64,000 bases of DNA, taken from positions 1,208 through 65,207 of the forward strand of contig DAOTVT010000071.1 in the NCBI GenBank assembly GCA_034436295.1. The letters run 5' to 3'. The DNA is from Anaerolineae bacterium. GTDB lineage: Bacteria; Chloroflexota; Anaerolineae; DTLA01. This document shows positions 59,101-64,000 of this stretch, one piece after another; within the stretch, counting starts at the first letter, position 1; the number at the start of each line of letters is the position of its first letter. The position numbers were made by a program, and so were the translations under genes. The notes beneath the pieces were generated by a model that did no database searches, was not told the DNA's origin, and saw only the letters and a program-made list of their open reading frames with translations.

Positions 59101-59538
59101 ATGACGAACAATGCAGACGCCGTGGTGGAACATGCCCGACAGGTTTTTCTCTCGTGCCATCACTGATCCGAGACGATTGTGATCGCCGTGGGCGATTACT
59201 ACTTCGGCAAGGCGCCCGAGATTCTCATCCGCGCCGCGTGTCCGCTGGCCGGCGGCGCGGGGTGCTCGTACCAGGAAATGTGCGGGCTGCTCAGCGGCGG
59301 GCTGATGGTGATGGGCGCGCTGCTGGGCCGCGTCTCCATCTCGGAGAGCGACGAGGCGGTGCAGGCGCTGGGCCGCGAGTTTCGGGAGCGGTTTCGCGCG
59401 CTGGCCGGACACACGCAATGCCAGGCCATCCGCGACAGCCTTCCGGAAAAGGACAAGCGGTGCGAGCCGATTGTCGTGGGCACGGTGCGCATCCTGTTGG
59501 AACTGCTGGCGACGCAGGGCGTGGCGCCCAGGGCGTGA
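59101..59538 (+). CDS. C_GCAxxG_C_C-family putative redox protein, candidate selenoprotein with in-frame UGA at 59164..59166
   Basis: ATG at 59101 preceded by GGGAGG. A 21-codon N-terminus (MTNNADAVVEHARQVFLSCHH) ends at TGA, then continues in the same frame into track ORF 59179..59538. The read-through FLSCHH-U-SETIVIAV aligns to the family motif nCAESVL with U at the conserved first Cys. Downstream CPLAGGAGC...EMCG completes the GCAxxG_C_C pattern. Total ~145 aa matches the family size. Confidence 0.6.
59179..59199 (+). promoter_or_regulatory. candidate SECIS-like hairpin
   Basis: GUGAUCGCC-GUG-GGCGAUUAC: 9-bp stem (one G.U), 12 nt 3' of the UGA. Confidence 0.3.
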
Positions 59539-59556
59539 TGCGCGACGACGCGCCGC

Positions 59557-60549
59557 CTAGCCCAGCAGTCGCCTGCGCATCCAGACGTACATCGCAGCGG
59601 GCAGCAGCACCATAAGCGCAAGGGTCAGCAGGAACGCCGGATTGTCCGTCCAGGGGGCAAGACCGGTGGCGACAGGCCCAAAGAAGTTCATGCCGAAGAA
59701 ACTGGCGATGAACGAGATGGGCATGAACAACGTGGTGATGAGGGTCAGGGTTTTCATCACGTCGTTCAGGCGATTGTTGACGACGGACAGGTAGGTATCC
59801 AGCACGCCGCTGACCAGGTCGCGCATGGATTCGTTGATGTCGTGCAGGCGCACCAGGTGGTCGTACACGTCGCGGAAGTAGAGGCGGCCGCGGGCATCTA
59901 CCACCTCGTAGTCGTCGCGGGCCAGTTTGTTGAGCACCTCGCGCTGGGGCGCGATGATGCGTCGCAGGTTGAGGAGCGCCCTCTTGAGCGCCAGGAGCCG
60001 CTCCAGCGTGGCCGTGCGCAGCGACCCCGCCAGCACCTGGTCTTCCAGTTGGTCTATGGCGACGTCAATCTCCTCAAAGACCGGCATGTAGCCCGCGACG
60101 ATCTCGTCGGCGATGCGGTAGGCGAGGTAGGGGGCGCCTCGCGTCGTGTGGCGTTCGTCGCGCTGGCACGACGTCCACACGCGGTCCAGGGCCGGCACGG
60201 GCATGTCGCGATGGGTTACGACGTAGGTCTTGCCCAGGAAGACATCCACCTCTAGCGTGTCCACGTGTTCGCCGCCGTCGGTGTCAAAGGCCACAGCGTG
60301 CAGGACGATGTAGAGATAATCGCCCCAGTCATCCAGTTTGGGCACGTGGGACTCTTGCAGCGCGTCGTCCACAGCCAGCGGATCAAAGCGGAAGACGTTG
60401 CGCAGGATAGGCTCGCAGTCTTCGGGCTTTTCGCCGACGAAATCGGCCCAGAGCAGGCCGCCGCCGTCGGCGAGAATTGCGGCGAATTCCTCTGGGCGCA
60501 CGTCGGTGCGCAGTTGGCCGTCGCGCGGACGGTAGAGTGTTCGGATCAT
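59557..60549 (-). CDS. corA: magnesium/cobalt transporter CorA
   Basis: Cytoplasmic funnel domain plus two C-terminal TM helices and the GMNF signature (FGMNFF). Confidence 0.9.
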   Translation of the reverse strand: MIRTLYRPRDGQLRTDVRPEEFAAILADGGGLLWADFVGEKPEDCEPILRNVFRFDPLAVDDALQESHVPKLDDWGDYLYIVLHAVAFDTDGGEHVDTLEVDVFLGKTYVVTHRDMPVPALDRVWTSCQRDERHTTRGAPYLAYRIADEIVAGYMPVFEEIDVAIDQLEDQVLAGSLRTATLERLLALKRALLNLRRIIAPQREVLNKLARDDYEVVDARGRLYFRDVYDHLVRLHDINESMRDLVSGVLDTYLSVVNNRLNDVMKTLTLITTLFMPISFIASFFGMNFFGPVATGLAPWTDNPAFLLTLALMVLLPAAMYVWMRRRLLG

Positions 60550-60624
60550 GGCGCCTCCTGAGCGATAGGGGAGATGCGGGGGAAGTTTACCACAAGCAAG
60601 CGGGAAGTTCAATTTGCGCGCCGG

Positions 60625-60675
60625 CCGTACATCCAAGGCGCGGCGCACTTCCGAAAAGTGCGTCGCATCTATGCT
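60625..60675. repeat. dispersed repeat family B (imperfect palindrome)
   Basis: GGCGCGGCGCACTTCCGAAAAGTGCGTCGCATC. Confidence 0.6.
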
Positions 60676-60810
60676 CGTGGCGCGGCCAACAACCCTGGAA
60701 CCGAGGCCTGGCCGTAGTACCTTATTCCTATTGCGGGGGCCGGTATATCCTCGTATAATGGCGGTAGATTATCGGAGTAACCACCATTTAGTTTGAAAGG
60801 AGATGTCAAG

Positions 60811-60957
60811 ATGTTCTACTTGCCGCGGGAGAAAGGCCAGGGGTTGGTTGAGTACGCTCTGATCCTCGTGCTGGTGGCCGTGGTCGTGATCGCTGTGCTG
60901 TTGCTGCTTGGCCCGGCGGTCGGCAACGTGTTCAGCCAGATCATCTCCAACCTGTAG
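60811..60957 (+). CDS. flp: Flp/Fap-family type IVb pilin
   Basis: 48 aa. AAAGGAGATG RBS. The GQGLVEYALILVLVAVVVIAV processing/TM motif (G/xxxxEY) is typical of Flp prepilins. Below the ORF-track cutoff. Confidence 0.75.
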   Translation: MFYLPREKGQGLVEYALILVLVAVVVIAVLLLLGPAVGNVFSQIISNL

Positions 60958-61002
60958 GTCGCGACACTCGGAAACCCACCTCTACAACTGAATAGCCGAG
61001 GA

Positions 61003-61033
61003 GGCCCCGCTGTGGAAGCGGGGCTTTCTTTTG
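61003..61033 (+). terminator. intrinsic terminator after flp
   Basis: GGCCCCGC-TGTGGAA-GCGGGGC followed by TTTCTTTTG. Confidence 0.65.
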
Positions 61034-61063
61034 CGCTTGGGCGGCAGGACAGGCCCCGAGGCG

Positions 61064-62221
61064 CTACCCGCCGCCAGGCGCGCGAGCAACCCTGCGCCCC
61101 TTCCACTCGGCGCCGCCGCGGCGCGCCAGCACCAGCGATCGGACGGCAATGGCGAACGCGATGGGGATGGACACGGGATAGAGCAGGGCGACATACAGGG
61201 GGAACTTGAAGCGGGCGCACGCGATGGCCCAGGTGGCGAGCATCTCGGCCACGACGACAATGGCGGGGCCAGGGGCGAATGCGGGAGGCAGCATGCCGAG
61301 GCCCGCAGCCACCAGCACGAGGATGGGCTCCCACGCCAACACCAGCAGGTAGGTCCAGACGAACAGGAGCAGGGCCGTGTTGTAGCGGAACGCGGCGTAC
61401 AGATTCTTGCTGAAGCCGGTCCAGGCTTCGCGGAAGTTGCGGTACATCCGACATTGAACGCGGTCCGTCCCATCCGCGAGCCGCAGCCGCAGGCCAGCCG
61501 CCTTGATTCGCGCGGCGAGAGCCAAGTCGTCCACCACATTGTCGCGGATGGCGGCGTGCCCGCCGATGGCCTCGTAGGCTGCGCGGCGGAACAGCATGTA
61601 CTGGCCTATCGCCACCGAAAGATCGGGCGCAAGCCGACTGTGCGCCAAGGGGACCGAGAGGTACGAGTGGATGCTCCAGTACATGACCGGCACCACCAGC
61701 CGCTCGCCCCAGGTAACCGCCTGCTCTTGCGGGAACACCGAGAGCAGATCGGCGCCGGTCGTCTGCATCGTGGCCACGGCCTCGCGCAGCGCGCTCGGGT
61801 GATGGCGGGTGTCGGCGTCGGTGAACAGGAGGAGCGACCCCTCGGCGGCCTGTGCCAGTTGGGCGCAGGCCCAGTGCTTTCCGATCCAGCCGTCGGGGCG
61901 CGGTTCGCCCTTGAGCACGCGAAGCCGTGGGGATTCGGCTGCCAACGCCTGCAGGCAAGCCAGCGTCCCGTCGGTGGACTCGTCGTCCAGGACCAGCACC
62001 TCAAAGTCGGGGTAGTCCTGCGCCAGGAGGTCGCGGACGCACGGGCCGATGTTGTGCTCCTCGTTGCGGGCGGGGACGAGCACGGAGACCCGCGGGGCCG
62101 TGCCGACCAGGGGGTATTGGCCGATCTTGCGCAGCGCCCACAGGTTGCCCAGGGCGTTCAGCAGGATGATGGCCAGGAAAACCGTCAGGCTATACTGGTG
62201 CTGGGGCCAGAACCCGTTCAT
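61064..62221 (-). CDS. glycosyltransferase family 2 membrane protein (paralog of 35661..36809)
   Basis: VSVLVPARNEEHNIG...VLVLDDESTDGT...FTDADTRH and a C-terminal TM region. Start at MNGFWPQ; its ATG overlaps the TGA of the upstream PlsY-like gene. Confidence 0.75.
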   Translation of the reverse strand: MNGFWPQHQYSLTVFLAIILLNALGNLWALRKIGQYPLVGTAPRVSVLVPARNEEHNIGPCVRDLLAQDYPDFEVLVLDDESTDGTLACLQALAAESPRLRVLKGEPRPDGWIGKHWACAQLAQAAEGSLLLFTDADTRHHPSALREAVATMQTTGADLLSVFPQEQAVTWGERLVVPVMYWSIHSYLSVPLAHSRLAPDLSVAIGQYMLFRRAAYEAIGGHAAIRDNVVDDLALAARIKAAGLRLRLADGTDRVQCRMYRNFREAWTGFSKNLYAAFRYNTALLLFVWTYLLVLAWEPILVLVAAGLGMLPPAFAPGPAIVVVAEMLATWAIACARFKFPLYVALLYPVSIPIAFAIAVRSLVLARRGGAEWKGRRVARAPGGG

Positions 62222-62805
62222 CGCGAGCCTCGCAGCCGCCGTTGCAGCCAGGGGCGGAACCGAATGGGCTGCCGAAGGTCCGCGCGGTGCTTCCAGGCGA
62301 GGATGGCGGTGTTGCCAGCCCAGACCGCCAGGAGCACAGGCGGATGCCCGCGCAGCAGGAGATGCGCCAGCAAGCCCGCCATCCCCAGCATGGCCGACCA
62401 GGCGTCCACCGCGATCGTGAAGTAGAACACCCCGAGCAGCGCGCCGAGGATGATGGGCACTTCGCCCACGGTAAGCCCCGTCCAGATGCCGAAGGTTACG
62501 GCCACCGCCTTTCCCCCGCGGAAGCGCAGGAAGGGCGAGAAGGCGTGTCCCAGAACCGGCGCTAGCGCCGCGGCAACGAGCGCGGGGCCGTCCATGCCCA
62601 GACGGAAATAGGCGAAGCCTACAGGGATTGCGCCCTTGAGGTAGTCCAGCAGGCCCGCCAGCAGGCCCACGGGCCAGCCGCCGGCGCGCCAGGCGTTGGC
62701 CGCGCCTGGGTTCCCATCGCCGTAGCGGCGGATGTCGGCGCGCAGCAGGAGGCGGCCGATCCAAACGGAGAACGGAATGGAACCTGACAGGAAGCCGACT
62801 GCCAT
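62218..62805 (-). CDS. PlsY-family (DUF205) acyltransferase-like membrane protein
   Basis: FLSGSIPFSVWIG, GDGNPGAAN and FRGGKAVA motifs. Second GT2 + PlsY-like pair in the window. Confidence 0.7.
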   Translation of the reverse strand: MAVGFLSGSIPFSVWIGRLLLRADIRRYGDGNPGAANAWRAGGWPVGLLAGLLDYLKGAIPVGFAYFRLGMDGPALVAAALAPVLGHAFSPFLRFRGGKAVAVTFGIWTGLTVGEVPIILGALLGVFYFTIAVDAWSAMLGMAGLLAHLLLRGHPPVLLAVWAGNTAILAWKHRADLRQPIRFRPWLQRRLRGSR

Positions 62806-63111
62806 CCAGAAGAGTGTACCCACACGCCGCCTCTGACGGGCGCATCGTACCGAGAGTGCCGCGGTTGCCCGAATTCGGGGCCAGTATAGCAGAGTTGCCG
62901 CCACGCGCAAGATTGTCCCCGCGGCTCGGTTCTATCGCGCTGGTGCAAGGCGCGACACGCTTCTACAAGCGCGTCGCTCCTGTGCCCATGCCGCGACGGA
63001 CACTATCCGAAACCGTGTCGTCCCGCCATCCCCCTTGACGCCGCGCGGGACCTGGCTACAATTGCGCTGCGTCGGCACTTCGGCGCGCAAACGAAAAGGG
63101 GAGGTGGCAAG

Positions 63112-63555
63112 ATGCTCAAAGAGTTCAAGGAATTCGCGATGCGGGGCAACGTGGTGGACATGGCGGTGGGCATCATCATCGGGGCGGCCTTCGGGAAGAT
63201 CATTACGTCGCTGGTGAACGACATCATCATGCCGCCCATCGGGTTGCTGCTCGGCGGCGTGGACTTCTCCAACCTGTACCTGAACCTGTCGGGCGGGTCG
63301 TATGCTTCGCTGGCCGAGGCCAAGGCCGCGGGCGCAGCCACCATCAACTACGGCGCGTTTCTCAACACCGTGATTGACTTCATCATCGTGGCCTTTGCCA
63401 TCTTTCTGGTGGTGCGCGCTATCAACCGCATGAAGCGTCAGCCCGCGCCCGCCGAGCCGACGACGAAGGAATGCCCGTTCTGCCTGTCCAAGATTCCGGT
63501 CAAGGCGACGCGTTGCCCGTTCTGCACCTCGGAGTTGGGTCGCCAAGGCGCATGA
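63112..63555 (+). CDS. mscL: large-conductance mechanosensitive channel MscL with C-terminal zinc-ribbon extension
   Basis: [31 protein letters not shown]...[14 protein letters not shown] canonical MscL plus a C-terminal CPFC...CPFC extension. Confidence 0.9.
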   Translation: MLKEFKEFAMRGNVVDMAVGIIIGAAFGKIITSLVNDIIMPPIGLLLGGVDFSNLYLNLSGGSYASLAEAKAAGAATINYGAFLNTVIDFIIVAFAIFLVVRAINRMKRQPAPAEPTTKECPFCLSKIPVKATRCPFCTSELGRQGA

Positions 63556-64000
63556 AAAGGCTGAGAGCCATCTGGCGGGATTTGCGGATCGTCGTCCGCG
63601 CCGTGTCGGGCAACCTGGCGCTGTTCGCGGCGCTCCTGGTTGGCGCGGCGGTCGTGATGCGCCTGGCCGGTTCGTACCCGCACGAGAGCCTGCTGGATCT
63701 CATCGTGCGCGCGTTTCACATGGCCTATCTGGAGGCGGTGGTGGAGCCAGGGGATGGGTGGCTGCCCGACGCGCTGGCGTTCGTTGTCCCCGCGCTGACC
63801 TTTCTTATCCTGGGCGAGGGGGCTTTGCGCGTGGTCGCCGTCTATGTGCGGCGCGATGAGTACCGAGAGGAGTGGGATCGGTTGGTTGCGAGAACATTCT
63901 CCGGACATACCATCATCTGCGGTGTCGGCGAACTGGGGCGCGCGATGTGTCGCAAACTGCTCGCGGTGAACCCTGATGCGCCCATCGTGCTGGTGGACGT
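63552..64000 (+). CDS. ion-channel protein with RCK/TrkA-N domain (potassium channel family), 3' truncated by window end
   Basis: ATG overlaps the mscL stop (ATGA). N-terminal TM/pore-like segment followed by [17 protein letters not shown], a Rossmann GxGxxG of the TrkA-N/RCK domain. Open to the window end. Confidence 0.55.
   Translation, partial: MKRLRAIWRDLRIVVRAVSGNLALFAALLVGAAVVMRLAGSYPHESLLDLIVRAFHMAYLEAVVEPGDGWLPDALAFVVPALTFLILGEGALRVVAVYVRRDEYREEWDRLVARTFSGHTIICGVGELGRAMCRKLLAVNPDAPIVLVD

Noticed and set aside
62052-62900. Apparent ~10-nt offset between my manual position counting and ORF-track coordinates in this interval
   Set aside because: Most likely my own reading/indexing slip on one printed line. 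ORF-track coordinates were used for the GT2 (61064..62221) and PlsY-like (62218..62805) calls. No biological claim is made.

Overview
High-GC (~67-68%) bacterial chromosomal segment, gene-dense on both strands. Gene content (T-box leader on ileS, glmS ribozyme, DUF4012/DUF2723 envelope genes, GxxExxY proteins, mreB/mreC, NrfBCD-like cytochrome module) suggests a Chloroflexota-like or other Gram-positive-type lineage; this is a low-confidence inference. Housekeeping genes include ileS, dksA-like, lspA, smc, mutS, tyrS, glmS, mreB, mreC, corA and mscL. There is a MacAB-like tripartite efflux operon, a NarL-type two-component pair, glycosyltransferase clusters, a hicB antitoxin and an orphan Flp pilin. 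Most notable are two independent genes whose reading frames are interrupted by a single in-frame TGA exactly at the first redox cysteine of a conserved motif. Each has a strong RBS and a downstream hairpin at SECIS-like spacing, so both are strong selenoprotein candidates. One is a thioredoxin-fold protein (CxxC read as UxxC); the other belongs to the C_GCAxxG_C_C family. Other findings: a radical SAM/SPASM maturase co-operonic with a Tat-signal protein of unknown function; arrays of ~68-bp tandem hairpin repeats flanking a GxxExxY gene; several dispersed MITE-like repeat families; long inverted arrays of heptanucleotide repeats in intergenic regions (one splitting mreB from mreC); a 32-bp direct repeat flanking a GT39 gene apparently inserted into the ABC-transporter operon; two PAS proteins sharing an unusual C-terminal CxxC...SHGICxxC zinc-ribbon-like module; and a duplicated GT2 plus PlsY-like gene pair. 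No rRNA, tRNA or CRISPR was identified by eye.
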